From Nymphaea colorata (lineage: Eukaryota): a stretch of 64,000 nt of DNA. The notes under the pieces were generated by a model. That model was not told where the DNA came from. It saw only the letters and a program-made list of their open reading frames with translations, and made no database searches. The first letter of the stretch is position 1, and each line of letters begins with the position of its first letter. This document shows, one piece after another, positions 48,042-62,133 of the stretch. Both the position numbers and the translations under genes were made by a program. Location: contig NC_045138.2 of NCBI RefSeq assembly GCF_008831285.2, positions 30,814,001 through 30,878,000 on the forward strand. The letters run 5' to 3'.

Positions 48042-51000
48042 AACTATGGATGGATGATTGCGTCTTGGTTCTGGCTTTCTGCTATGAGGTTGGTTTTTGC
48101 AGCCTCAGGGTCGGTCTGAGAGCTCTAAGCGTTGTCCACAGTCAGGGGTGGAAACAAGTTTGACCCCTCTATTCTGGTTTTGGGAAGTTGTGAAATTGGT
48201 TTTCCAGGACGCCGATAAACCCTAATCTTTTAAAATTTAGGGTTTATGTTATACTGTGCGTCCCTTTTCTTTTGCTTGAGAGAGAAAGGTTGACGATCCT
48301 TGGAGAAAGTGGAAACAAATGTCCTGTAAATTAAAGATGGTAGCTTGCATTTGTGTATATCCCGCTAGTATGCCAAATCTCATGCAAGCGTACGAAAAAA
48401 AATTCCTGTAACTATGTTGAGCCTGGTGCTCTCCTGAAACTATGTTTATCCTGCTCTCTCTCTCTCACCCTCACAGTTGGCCTCCATTGGGTGCCCTGGA
48501 ACTAAGCTCAATCTTTGTATTTTTAAATTCATCTCCGGGAACTCAAGTCCTTAATTGCCGGGATCAAATGCCTGGGCGTCAATCAACATTCTAATTTTCC
48601 TTATGTTTTACCACATTAGCACACCTATGTTTTGAAATTCTTAAAGAAATACCTAAATTTTTGCACTGACGCAGGAAACACCTCTCGAACTTATCAAGTT
48701 TGTGTGAACAAAACGCCTGAATAGATCTGTGCATTAAGTAATTCGGATATTTAAATTGCTTCTCTAGTTCGGCTAATGTCTCAGGCATGGTGAAAAGAAA
48801 CCCATGGTTGCCTTTGATTGACAATAAAATAGGTGCCCTTTGAGAAAATTGGAAGCTTAATAAACGATTATGAAATAGTTTCATTAAAAAATTTGAAAAA
48901 GCCAACCTCAAATTGAGATGTCAAGATGTTTGACGGGTCATGGGGCCTTGTGTTCTGGGTGAGCAAGAGAATCACTTGGAAAAGAGTAAAGGTCTACCAT
49001 TCCCTCTGTCTTTGGGGTCTTGATGTGTGGGTCTTGATGTGTGTTGCTAAGTGATAAATATCTAATTAGTAGGCATAAGAGAACAAATGGACTTCATAAG
49101 TATCAATTTTCTTAATATGTCTGCCGTCAACTGCCAATATAAATCTTAGTTTGCAGTCTAATACTATGAAAAATGTGAAATTTTAATGCACTTCATATTA
49201 TCGGTTCAAGTTTAAAAAACGAAAAAATTACAAGAAGGTGCCTAACGGTTGAAAAAATAATAAATTACAGTGCAATTCTTAAATCTAACAAAATATGCTC
49301 CATTTTTTGAGAGAAGTGCTCAAAAAGCTGGTGAGTTAGCTGCACAAAACGATCTTGAACTCCAAACATGTTTTACAAATAACAAATCAGTGTTGTCTAG
49401 TATAGTATCAGAGACATATCATTTTCTGGATATGATGAGTCGAACTGTGTGGGCTGAATGAATTGGGATGATTTTTTCATCTTTCAGTTTTAAAAAATTT
49501 AAACTAATGTTAAATTGAAAGATAATTAATCATCTTTTGGGTCATAATGATAGAGGCTTGCAATTGCAAAACCCTAATATAACATGTTGGTGAGCATAAT
49601 GATGAGTATGTCATCCTACAACCCAACAACAGAAAGCCTGTGGTTTAGAGCTGCTTTAAGACTTGGGTAGGGAGCAAGACACCTGCCAACTAAACATTGT
49701 TTTTCATGAGAGGGGTCGAATTAAAATTTCTAAATTTTGACACGGCCGAAATATCATTTTTCAAAATTTTTATATAGGACAAGTATTTTTTTCTTTTGAG
49801 GTGAGGCCAGGGCCCATTATATGCCATCAAGAGGAGTAGTGTCCATAAAAATCAAACTTGGTAACGAAGCTTTCACTGGTATGCTAAGTTATCCTTAGGG
49901 CAGCTAGGGAGACGTTTCGGGGGGGGGGGGGGGTTGTTCCCTATAGCTTTTCCTGGTTTCATCCTTACCCACTTTTTACTGTGAAGTACTGGGCATGCTG
50001 CTTTCACCATGATGCTGGAGAATTTGGAGAGGAGAAAAAGTGCCAACTCTAAGAGCAAGGCAAGATTTAAAAACCAAAGGAGCATCTCCGCCGGAGTAAC
50101 ATGGTTCTGTCCGGCCTACATACGGCCGGCTTGCCTATCTGAAAAAGAAAAGAACCGTGGAAGAAGTTGATGTTGGCACTTTGAAAATCGACTGGACGTA
50201 AAAAATTCTGCTTCTCAAGATCTATACAGCGAAAAAGTGGAGAATCGCTCCTGGCCTTATTAATGCCATTATATATGTGTAGGAACGAGAAAATCCATAG
50301 CTATGTACATATCGAAAGGACAGGAAACCGGATAAACAAAGAAGACTAAGAAGGCGAGCTAAAACTCACCTATGTCCACCACCACCATTCTCTGTGATTA
50401 TCTTCAATCCAATCCAAACCTGGTTACATGGACCATACTGGTGCACAAATTTTCATGCACCAATTAATGTTTAATTTAATGACTAAAATACTCTTAGTTC
50501 ACACGAAAGAAAAAAACTTTTTTGTAAAGACAAAATTAAAAATGAAAAACATTAAAAAGACTGGAAAATATTTCTTTTTAATAAATTACCAAAATGTCAT
50601 TCTTTCCTTTACTGCACACGATTGTACTGTATAAGAAACTTTCTCTCCCTTTTATCTTGAATAATATCATGCGGGTCTGTGGTTTGCTCTTATTAAATGT
50701 TTTTCACGCTGCCATCCTGGCGTATACGTCGCTTCTTGATTTCATCTCGCCGCTTTCACCAGTTTAGGAGGTCTTGTTTGAATCTTTGGTCTTTTGTAGG
50801 GAGAGATCAGGCTTGAATTTTTGATCTCAAATATGAGGAACAGATGCTGCTGAAGGCACTGAGGTGACACCAAGCGATATCGTCAGACCCAAATCCTGAT
50901 GTTGATGTTCTCAAATACAAAGACACACGTATGTTCTGAAGTATTTTTACATGGTTCATGATACTTTTAGTATGATATTGATAGAGATTGTACTCATTTT

Positions 51001-51210
51001 TTCTCTCCGTGTAGTTGGTTCATCCAAGCACTTTCTTGTAAATTGATTCCTTGTTTCGTGTGGCATGCCTGCATGGATAGGCTGGCTTGTAGTTATACAT
51101 CATGTTTCAAATTAAGAGAATAGATTCCGGTTCATTACAATGCTAGTACAATATCTTGCCACCAAAGAATTCTTGTGCCAAAGGTAGTCAAATGAGCCAG
51201 CTGTTACCTA

Positions 51211-51365
51211 GGGTCTGTTCGGTAACAGGTACATTATGTGAGTGTTTCATGAATCTATTTTATAGATTATGGTAAATTCATGAAATACTAGAACTAATGA
51301 ATCTATTCTAATCTTTCGGACAATTTATGAGACACTCATAGAGTGTCTTTGCTACCAAACAACCC
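51211..51365. mobile_element. Tourist/PIF-like MITE
   Basis: TIR gggtctgttcggtaac / gctaccaaacaaccc, inner arms tgagtgtttcatgaa / tttatgagacactca, flanked by TA. A related remnant with a tandem duplication lies at 18406-18560. Confidence 0.75.
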
Positions 51366-51771
51366 TATAGATGTTGTGTGTTTGATTGTGCTTGAACAAA
51401 ATACTCATCACATGATAAAATGTCTAGTTTGTTCAAATGTGTAAAACTCGATCTAATCTGGCACTGGAAAAGGGCAACTCAAGGCATGCTTGGTCAACAG
51501 GTGCGACGAGTTCACATTAGCGGGTTGGTTCGCTTGAAAACCAGGTTGATGAGCCGGTTCATGTCAGAAATGGTTGTGTCTCACTACGAACCGGCTTGCG
51601 CTTGACTCGAACACATCATACATGACTGATGAAACCACCGAATCGAGCAATTTAAGGGGGAGTCAGTCTGATTCTGGTGCTATATCGTCCGAGTCCTGAT
51701 TCGTGGCCAGACTTATGGGTTATGTGAGCTGACTCGGGTGTAGCTTTCTGGCAAGCATGTAGCATTGTCTA

Positions 51772-52790
51772 CTATGTCACCTGAGTGCGGGTGCCAGCGC
51801 GACACATATAAAAAAATTTAGGTGCAGCGGTGCGGCAAGAATATTTTATTATTATTATTTGTATTATTAATTTATTATAATAATAATAATATGTATATAA
51901 TATATATGACAAAAAATTGTCTATCAACCACAAAATTATTAAATAACAAGATCAAAATTATAAATTTGAAATTTGCTAATCATGAATATAAAACAAAAGC
52001 AGCACTGAGAATATATTCAAGTGGGGCGTAACAAAATCAGAATATATTCTATAATATATTCTGTGAAGCTGCAATGCAGAAACCAGCAAATGCAAAAAAA
52101 AATCAGTAAAATTTATAATATCAGTACAAAAAACAATTTATTTTGTAAAGCTGTGAAGAAGAGGGACAAAGAACATGGCTTCAAGAAGACGAAGAAGAAG
52201 GACGAAAAAGAGGGTGAAGAAGAAGGACAAAGAAGAAGGATGAAGAAGAGAGACCAAGGAAGAAGGACAGAGAAGAAGGATGAAGAAGAGGGACCAAGAA
52301 GAAGGACAGAGAAGAAGGATGAAGAAGTGAGACGAAGAAGAAGGGACGAAGAAGAGGAAATAGGGAAAGAAGAAACATGAAAAGAAAGAAACCTGATGTC
52401 GTCAGACGAAGATGACGCTGTGGACGCTCGTTGCCGGATGGAGAGGTAGCTGCCGATGGAAGAGACATAGCAGCAAAGGGGCGAGCTAGGTCGATGCAGG
52501 TCAAACAAAGAGACTATCGATTAAAAAAAAAAAGCTCTAAAAATTGGATCAAAATAGACCGACTCGCATTTGACTGCACCCGACTCGAGTCAAACACGAG
52601 TCGGGTGTGAGTCGGAAAAGGACGATTTTAGTCAGGTGCGGTCAGCCATACCTGACTCTTTTTTTATAGTTTGGGTGCACACTGGGGGTTGCATCGACGC
52701 GGGTGTGAGGCCAAAATTGGTGCACCCTAGATTGCCTATATATGGGTTGCACCGTTTGCATGAGCACCGGGAATCCGGTAGTCCACATAA
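51772..52790. mobile_element. Non-autonomous hAT-like element carrying a GAA-rich tract
   Basis: Termini ctatgtcacctgagtgcgggtgc / gcaccgggaatccggtagtccacataa; subterminal GCACC/GACTCG repeats; purine-rich core 52150-52390. Confidence 0.55.
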
Positions 52791-53962
52791 AGGAGACATG
52801 GCGGTAGGAGTCATTGGGTTGCTGGACGGAACACCTGTTGTTAAGAGAACAGGGTGTTCTGTCCCATCATCCCCTACCAAAGGGGAAACGCTAAGAATGA
52901 AAGGCGTTCTTGAAGGACACATTCTAGGCATTCCGTCTCCCACCGCACAACACCGACAGATGAGGGAATGATCAGTCCAGCAATCGAGCGAACAACCTCT
53001 TGGCATCAAAAGGAAGTCACGGATGTTATACGAACCCAGAACAGGCAGGTACATGTACTGAAAGTGATATCGGAATCAAATCTTGTAAGCCAAAAAATGG
53101 CACTGCAACGACACTACTTCTGCACCCTAAGCTCAAGCCTATTTGTGAACTTTGGAAAAAGCTAGATGTCACCATTCAGTTGGGGTGGCACAAAAAAAAA
53201 AAAAATCCAAGCTTCTTTCTTTTATATAGAGGCAGTGAAATCTTTCTACCATGTGGATGTTCATCCAATCACTGCCATATGACAATGCATCGAGCAGTGT
53301 GCTATGAAGGCTCGAGGATTTTTTCGTCTAAGTTCAAACCTTATATATATATATATATAAAACTGAATTCTCTCGGTTATCCGACCCCATAAAACTCCGG
53401 GCTGCATTTGTGAGAGGCCGGATTCCTCATATTGGCCGGAAAACCAGGTTTTAAACATGGTTGGCATTCAGTTTTTGGTGCTGAAATCGGGCCTCTATCA
53501 GTTATCGTCGCAAAAAAAGAACCCTAAGTCCAAAAACTCTTGAACAGATTTTGAAGCCACTTTTCATTCAGGTGTACCAACTTATCAGACTTTGTGTCGG
53601 CAGATTTTTGCCTTTCTGGCGCTCAACTATAGAACATCAACCGCTAAAGGTCATTGATAGAGACGCATCTTAGGCTGCTTATCTGTTCTGATAGTAACCC
53701 AACAAAGAGCTCTATATTGATGGGAAGTATTATTGTACAGAGCTCATGCAAATCTGTATCACAGCTAGCAGTCGTATTTGCTTTTCTTTATCAAAGTTGG
53801 GTAATTGGAGCCAGATCCAGTGCAGTAATTGGATAACTTAGAGCAGTTGATGAGAAGTTAGGAGCCTGCACGCCCTGGTGGTTATCATTTGTCACAAGCT
53901 CAAACCTCTGTGTATGTGTGTGTGTGTAGACATACACACACTTCATCCAAATGGGTCAAGTT

Positions 53963-54575
53963 TAGGGGTGAACACGAGCCGAGTTGAGCCCAAGTTTAGT
54001 CAGCTCGAGCTTGGTTCGACTAATAAAACCTCGAACTCGAGAATAGCTCGACGGAAGCCGCTCGAGCTCGACTTGGCAGTTACATATTGAGCTCTAGCTC
54101 GGCTCAATTAAAGCTCGACAAATTCGTTTGAATAGAATTGATATTCATCTTTACATGTTGAGCTCGAGCTCGACAAACTCGTTTGAATAGAATTGAAATT
54201 CATAGAATTGAAATTCATAGAATTGAAATTCATCGTTATGTGTTGAACTCAAGCTCGGCTAGACAAACTCGTTTGAATATTTCGACTTAGTTAAGGCTCG
54301 ACAAACTCGTAAACTCGTTTGAACATATCGACTTGATTAAAGCTCGACAAACTCGTAAACTTGTGAACTCGTTTGAATATATCGACTTGATTAAGGCTCG
54401 ACAAACTCGCTCGAGCTCGACTCGGCAATTACGTGTTGAGTTCGAACTCAACTCGATTATTTGAACGAGTGGACTCATGAACTTGAGCTCAACTCGTTAA
54501 GCAAATGACTCGGCTCAAACTTGTTCATCAGCCGAGTTTTAACGAGTGGAGTTGGAGGCTCGTTGTTCACCCCTA
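53963..54575. mobile_element. hAT-type MITE with CTCGAGC-rich subterminal repeats
   Basis: Near-perfect TIR taggggtgaacacgagcc / ggctcgttgttcaccccta; internal tandem repeats (tagaattgaaattca and ttaaggctcgacaaactcg units). Confidence 0.85.
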
Positions 54576-55753
54576 ACAAGATCCAAAATAATTGAAAAAC
54601 AGTTTGAACTAACATAGGATTCCTATTGCTAGACGTCCAAGGGAGACGTAACTGGTAAGATATAGTTAAATAGGAAAATTGAATGGTAACTCTTAAAAGG
54701 CTGGACATAACGGGACTGCTCATCAAAACCGTCGGATCTCTTTGATCGGATGGCCCACAGTGCAGTTCTTGCTTTTGAATCTGCGGGGTGAGGGGTGCTC
54801 CTCTTGGGCGGCGAGGGGAGGAATCCCCCTTCCCCTTTCCTCCACGCAATAGACCACATAAAAAAAAAAAAACCATAAAAAATGTGACGGCTCTAGTGGG
54901 CAGTCACTCATGTCCAGCCCCTTCAGAGTCACCATTCAGGGACTCAGTTAAATATTGTTGGTGTATGCATTAGATAGAGTTAATAAGTCACAAGGATATG
55001 GTTAAATAGTAATCCTTGTCACTACTTGTAGGGTTTGCCATTGTGCAGCAGATATAGCCTTTGCTTATTAATGAGGAAAAAAGCTATACTAAAAGTTTTG
55101 AAATATTAGAAAAGTTGAGCATCTTAGTTTTTGATGTTGTTGAAAACATAGCTAAATTTATTGTGTAGGTAAATTTAATTGTAAGTTGGCCATGTTGCTC
55201 CCTATACATGTTACCTATCTTCTTCGATAGAGTAATAGAATAACTGGTACATGGTTTCTCTGACAATGGTTTTTCAGTGCTTGACTAATGAAGATATAGT
55301 TGAGAAATACTTAATCTGGATGCAATTGAATATGCCCAATCAGTGCTGTGCAGGGATGAATATGATGATACAAAACGAAGAACAGGACAAAGGCTTGGGG
55401 ACTTCGCCTTTCTAATTCATTAACTAGTAATGGTTCTGTTCAATTGACAGGAGCAAGACTTGATTAACTGTGAAGGAAGTTAGATGTGCATTTAGCAGTA
55501 TCAGAACGTAGGTATAACAGGTTATTGTCACCAGAAAAGCTTTGGTGGTTTTTCTCTAGATAGAAAACGAAGCTGAAACAACGTCATTTAAGCTGAAAGT
55601 TACAGCTTCACATGGGGGTGCGTCTAAGTGCCTAAATGGGTCACATGAGCCGGTGCCTTAAAGTCATGGCCTAACTGTACCATTTTGGAAGCTAATGAAG
55701 TGAGGGCCCATGAAGCAATGTACTCCATTCTTTCCAGCCAACCATGCCCTCCC

Positions 55754-55792
<39 letters not shown>

Positions 55793-56446
55793 TTCTCTCT
55801 GTGGATCTCTGCACATACCCAACTGAAATTGCTACTGTTACGCCTGTGAGCTTTAGCCAGCAGACCCCACTAAGCCCGCGTGGGCTAATGATTTTCATAT
55901 CTTCAATTTCGAGAAGAAGGGCACATGATAATTGTCCATTAGTCTCATCTTATAAACAATACTGGTGGTCCAGTTCTGTATTCTGAATTCCTTGACATTC
56001 TGGCACAAATGAGCTCTTTGTGGGACCTTTCTGTTTTATCTATGCTGAAAACAATTAAGCATGTAAATGTGCTTACAGATGATTTCACAAACAAGAGCTC
56101 CATCTCACTGAGCAAAGGGTGATTGATTAAACTTAAGACCTTCAAGTTGTAGAAAGTAAAGAGGTCAATACTTGGGATTACGTCTCCTGGAATAAACTAT
56201 TAAAGTGTACTTGTTATTAACTAAAAGATATATGTGTACTTGGTTTTGCAGGAATCAATTTTAAATTTTCCAATATGGACAATGGTGAGGAAGTTTGTGT
56301 ATATATATGTATAGATGGGGAGAGTAAAGAACCAAAAGTAAACTAAGAAGAAGAGGTTCACTTATTACGTATGTTTATTAGAAAGAGATGGTTATACATG
56401 ATACAGAGGCAATGATTCATGTGAAAGTGTGGCATATGCACGACTT

Positions 56447-59111
56447 TCACAAGGACAGGGAGTTCCTGATCTTGGAAGCTTTGCTTGCCAGTGTTCCCCT
56501 GGTGCCTTTACTGTCGCAGCTGCTTCCCTTGGGCGTGCCTACAGTTGCCCCTTGTGTCTCAAACTCATGACCTCGCCCTCCGCAGCTGCTGCTCTCATCT
56601 ATCCTCTCCATCAGCATCCCCCCGCGCCCACCTCCTTTTGAGGAGGACTTTCTCCATGGGAAAAAGAAGCTCTTTTTCTTCACCAACTTCTCCACCTGCA
56701 CCTGCATTGTCTCAAACTCTGCTTGCAACTTCATCATCTCCTCCTTCACCCTCCGAATCTCTGAGTACATGAACCGGGCGTCATAGATCCCAGCTGCAAC
56801 TGCCTCCCGCTTAGATTGGCACCTAGTCGGTGCATCTAGGCCTAGACCAGGGCTCAAGCTGAGTCCATTGAAAGAAGCACTACAATTGACATGCCTGTTG
56901 ATCTTGGCCTGCTCGCACAGTAGCACCTGGATCACAGTCCGCACCGGCAGCCGCTCGTTCTGCGCCGCATGCAAGCATGCATCTAGTGAGAGCTTCCGGC
57001 AGTCAATGAGCCGACACATCCGCTTCCTCTCACTCTTGCTCACTCCAGGATGAGCCTACAAAAGGACCATGATTGTCATTGACCATTTTGAAAGGTCATC
57101 TTTTCCTTTTTAACTTTTCCAATCCTGTTCCCAAGACCAACATTATGACATTAAGGCTTTAAGCTTATGTGGTGAACTTATTAAGGTGAACCACCATCAA
57201 GGACTACACGATATACTGAAAAGTTTCCTTTATTTATTTGATTATGAAGCAAAAAAGTACCTCTAGATATTAGGAACCGGAGATATTATGTGCATACTTT
57301 TAGTTTGTTTTTGACAGACAATTTGGGGGGCTAAGATTTATGGGCTTCTAAAGGAGGCTTGTTGATTATATGACAATGCAGCTTTCCCTTTCAGTCCCAG
57401 ACACAAGTATTCTTTTGATTCTAGTTACTTTTAAAATTGTATTAATAGGTTAAAGTTAGTAAAAAAAAGATGCCGAGGCACTGTCCGCAGGATCCGAAGA
57501 ACAGCATGTTATCGTGACACAAAAGGTATTAATGGCTCCATCAGAACAAAAAGTTCCTAGGAATAGCAGGCGCTTTGTAACAGAGGACAATAGTAAGTGT
57601 GGATGATGTGAAAGGTCACGGGCTCCCTGGTCTCTTTCACGACAACTTTTTCTGGAGGAATTTGGACAAGAAACTAATAGAGGTAGCCAAAGAGATACAT
57701 ATACATTGGTAGGTTCACTTTCTTGAACAAGGCCAATAGATGCACGTGTATATGCAGCAGAGACACCACCTAGATTCTCACCTGCAAGAACTGTGCCAAC
57801 AACGCAGCACAGTTCTTGCAGATCATATGCCTGATTGATGCAGACAAATGCACAAGAGAATGGTACTTGCTCACGCATGCTAATCAGACTGTAGTAATCC
57901 TCAGTATGACTTGATTAATTTTGGAGCAATCTATATTTTGAAGACCAACTAATCAACCTGACTGTGGCTTCACCAGAAAATTTACTGCTCAGAGGATTTT
58001 TCTATATCAAGGTAATCTTCTGGGCCTTCGGAACCGTGGATGGATCAGTCTGAACAGAACTAGGTGGTTGCAATTTGGTTCGTTCTTTTGTTTCACAAAA
58101 TTTCTCTTTCTACTGCTTTGACATCATCTATTCAAGGAGTTCAGCATAATTTTACCAAGTCATTGTTCTGCTCAGCAGGAACACATGAGGAAGAATATGC
58201 GCGAATGCATGTTCTGAAGAAAATATAGGTCTCGTCCTGATGTAAAAAAAAAAGATTCTTGCAAAGAAAGATTTGCCACTTTTATAATCAAGTGAATGCT
58301 CGAATGAAGAACAAACCCTGGAAAGATGGGGATGCAAGAAAAATACGCCCCTTACCTTGAGATATGTATCCACCGCACGGTACAGTCCGTCGTCAGTCAT
58401 GCGGGCATGGAAGGGGAGAGCTCCAGCCAGTGCCTCAAATTCTTGCACAGTCAGGCCCGAATCAATGGCCACTTCTGCCAGGTAGGAGTCGGTGAGTTTA
58501 GCCACCTTAACCAGTGCCGTTCCATTCTTGATGCCTTCCTCTAGTGACAGAAACCTTTTCACCAGCCGCAGAACTAGACTAACATCAAGAAGGGTACCAC
58601 AAGTATGGGAGAAGGCTGGTATCAGAAGGTCCTCAAGGGAGGCCTGGTCCAAGTGGTGCCCAATTCGCTTCTCGAGCTCGGCTCGGTAGCCCGGCTCAGC
58701 GCCGACCAAGTTTGCGCTCCGGAGAAGTCGGAGCATGAAGCTGCAGGGGACGGCGTCAACCTCAGGTGGCAGCACACTCACCAGAGTCTCTACCAAAAAC
58801 CGCTTCTTCATCAGTGACACGGTCGGATTCTCGGGAGACCGGTGGCCTGAATTGTTAGTCGTCTTGGCTGCGGAATCTGGATGGAGATCAGGAAGCCACT
58901 TCGATGCGTAATGAGTGATTATAGAACCAATCAGGTCTGGCTGAACGCCCTTGGCCTTGATACCTGAGAGTGTCTTGACAAAGTAGTCCATGTCTAGGAC
59001 GCAAGCATCCTCAAACCAACAATTCAGTGGCATTTCCTTGGAGGCAGAACCAAAATCTAACATCTTCTTTACTGTAATTTGTTTGGTGTTGGCATCAGAA
59101 GAGGCCCTCAT
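56447..59111 (-). CDS. NPH3/RPT2-like (NRL) protein lacking the BTB domain (At1g52770-like), 454 aa
   Basis: Exons 59111-58356 and 57055-56447 join in frame. Motifs: [74 protein letters not shown], coiled coil, C-terminal RNSLSL. Confidence 0.93.
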
Positions 59112-59400
59112 CTTGCAGCAGGAAGGAGATGAAGAAGAAGCTCCGAGACCAGAGAAGAGGAGGCCTCAATTCACTGCTGTGACCATATTCTTAGCATGGG
59201 GGTCCTTGGCTCTACTTTTAACGGCTAACTTTTTTGGGGGCTTCCGGGCATCTCTTCTGGTACTGTTTTGGAGCCATTCAGGATTATACTACTTGTGATA
59301 AGAAAAGAGAAAAAAAAATGGCACCAACCGTGTCCTTGATTTTTCAATCAATTTTGTCTTACACCTTTGTGAAGATTACTCCCTCTGTACCTTTTAGGTC

Positions 59401-59451
<51 letters not shown>

Positions 59452-62133
59452 TCCTGTGCCGTTGGAACTTGGCTCATATGAGTTATCTGTGCAATACATA
59501 TAAATGTCAAATTTGGAATCGACAAAACGAAGGGGTCTGCTAACCTGCCAGCAAAATGCTTAGACAGATAACATGGTATTCAGAGCCATCTGAGTTCCAT
59601 CAGGGAATAAATGGTTTTAATTAAACTGACCAGTTTCTGAAGGATTCCTGATGAAGCTTTGTCATTCTATTGCATATTATGCTTTGTTCACAGTTCACAC
59701 CATTAACGGGTGGAAATCATTTTTCAAAGAATTTCTATTCCTTCTCTACCTCTATACGTATGTATGCATGTATGTATATAATGCAATTTTGTACGTTTAT
59801 GAAACTGGGGGTTATATGAAAAGGGTTTCGAGATATGTGGAAATTTTGTTCGGAGGAGGGCCTGTGCAGATGCTTACGCCAAAAATGATAATGGTGATGT
59901 TGAGGGCCATGTTTAGAAACCAATAAGAGTGGGCCACACATAAAAGGCATTTAGGCGTCCACACTCGCTAAAGAAGACAGAGTTTGGCATGTTCTTAGTT
60001 TTTTGCTGCAGTGCTTTGAAGAGCATGAAAAGTGAAACGGAGCCACGTTAGCAATGACTTTCGTGCATGCACCGGTGTCTGTGTAAGGCATCTGATCAGT
60101 ATATTTCTTCCTTTCTCAACATTCTTCTTGAAGATTTTCGTGAGAAGAAAGGACAGAAATGGTAGGAGAGGAATCATGAAATGGGTGGGAATTGCTGTAA
60201 CAGTTTTGGCAGTTTTGGTGGGGGAGAAGGATAGTTGTGGATGTTCATGGCGTGAGGACAGGCGGGCTTTAAAGAGGGAGGGAGGGAATTGTAGGTAAAG
60301 GGAAGCCACGAGGAACATGTATGTAGCTCATTTAAGAGAAGTGTTGCCCGTATTTTAAATGAGAGTTTTGGCCTCTTACCCTCGCATGGGATAGATGGGC
60401 AGAAGCGACGGAGCACAAGTACGAATTGAATGTGAGAAAAGAGAGTGAAGGGAGCAAGTGGTCCAAGAGATCCTCGTTCTTCATGCATACACACATACAT
60501 ACACGCATTTACCCATACACGCGTACAGATATTAGCGCGTCTATCGACAGTCTCCCGTCCCTCCCTCCCCCTCTCTCTCTAGATTCCAGCATTGGATTCA
60601 ACATCCTGTTACAGAAACGTCCAGCAAGACTTCCACGCTACCTTGTTTTTCTCTCTTCTTTATCTCTGTCACAGGTTCTGAATAGACCCGTTGTGCCGAC
60701 GCATGATCTAGCACGACAAGAGTTTCCACATGGAGGACGTTAATGGCGCTTGCAAGCGCCACCCAAGTCATCTTTCATGGTTTTTGTCAGCGCGCGTTAG
60801 AAAGAAGGCCTCGGACCAAGTCTACACTTGCCAGTCTGCAGCTGCAGCTTTCCTGTGGCATTGCACAATAAAGTGGGGGAGCCTGACATTGCCCTTGACT
60901 CAGTATGTTGAGAAAGAAAACTTTCCAGGCCAACCAATGATCAGTTGCCGTCAGATTTTCATAATTTTTTGAGGATAGGTGGACGTAGGTCGACACTGTA
61001 ATGTAAGTTAAGGTAGGTGCATAGATTAAAGAGAAAGCTGAATGTTAATGGGATTCCTCGCAGCCAGTTTAATCGGATTTATATTTTCCTTGAATGCCTA
61101 ACTTTCATTCTTAGTGAGCATCTTGCACATTTACCAAACTAAAAGAGCCTATACTGGTCTTAAATGGCTTCCGCCTCCATCATAATCTGCACCCAAACTA
61201 TGGCTGTGAAACAGATTGGTTCTAGGGTAAGAATTTTCCAATTCTTCGTTGTTTCAACTCCCACCCAAAAGTCCAACAGCCCATGTATTTAGCTGAATCA
61301 AATTCATTGTGTTTGGACACTCCACCTATGAGATCTTCATTTCCTGGAAAAACAATTTTCTTGTTTCAAAGGTAAAAACGCATTATCTTGGTAATCATAG
61401 AAACTAGCTCCCATGAACAGTTTTTCTTTTATCTTTTTCCTTTTCATTGCATACATGATGAAACCGCAACCTAAGCCGTGACTCAACCATAGGACCTACG
61501 CATGCTTAGCTTCAACGAGGAGTGGCTCTGATGTGTTTCAAATCCCACGGCATTCATGATAGCCCCAAGCCCCACCGGCTCCATCATACCCCTTTGGTAA
61601 CATACTCCGAAGAACTTACTCTGTAGACAACAAAAAATAAAGCAGACACAATAATATGCCAATGAAATTCTGGCATTCAGAAAATTTTAATGCTACAAAG
61701 CCCATGCTTTACAGAACAAAGTTCCCACATGCTAAAAGTTTTGAAACTCACAAGACAGGTGGGTTTGCTTGCAGATTGACTAGTTTCACGTTCACCATGT
61801 ATACTAATTCTATCTTCGGTTTATTCCTACTGCCTACATATCGTGGACTGGATACCAGAGCACACCATTTGCTCAGCCTCATAGCTTATGGGTTACATTG
61901 TTTTGTATTATGCAACTCATGAATCCGTTTAGCATTGTACGACTTCTTGATCATGAATGTAGCTTTGACATATATGAAGCCTCTGGAACTGTTCGCTGCT
62001 ACCAGGAAGACTGCAGATCTTCCGTAGGTATAATGCCATGTGTATGTTCTACTGTGGTCAATCCACAAGAGACAAGGAACAAGCTGGAGCACATAGTTAA
62101 AATTGTTCACAGTAGCTCTCCGGTTCAGGTGTC

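Noticed and set aside
50770..50935. Exon-like plus-strand segment (tttgtag| ... |gtatgt)
   Set aside because: Stops in all three frames and no recognisable homology; unsupported without RNA data.
52021..52508. Lys/Glu/Arg-rich and Ser/Phe-rich ORFs of 107-131 aa
   Set aside because: Low-complexity translations of a GAA-rich tract inside a non-autonomous transposon.
54100..54420. Regularly spaced repeats resembling a CRISPR array
   Set aside because: Degenerate MITE subterminal repeats within TIRs; no unique spacers or cas genes; eukaryotic context.
60690..60830. Partial matches to miR167 (gcatgatcta) and miR166 (tcggacca)
   Set aside because: Only 8-10 nt match, with no full mature sequence or proper precursor.
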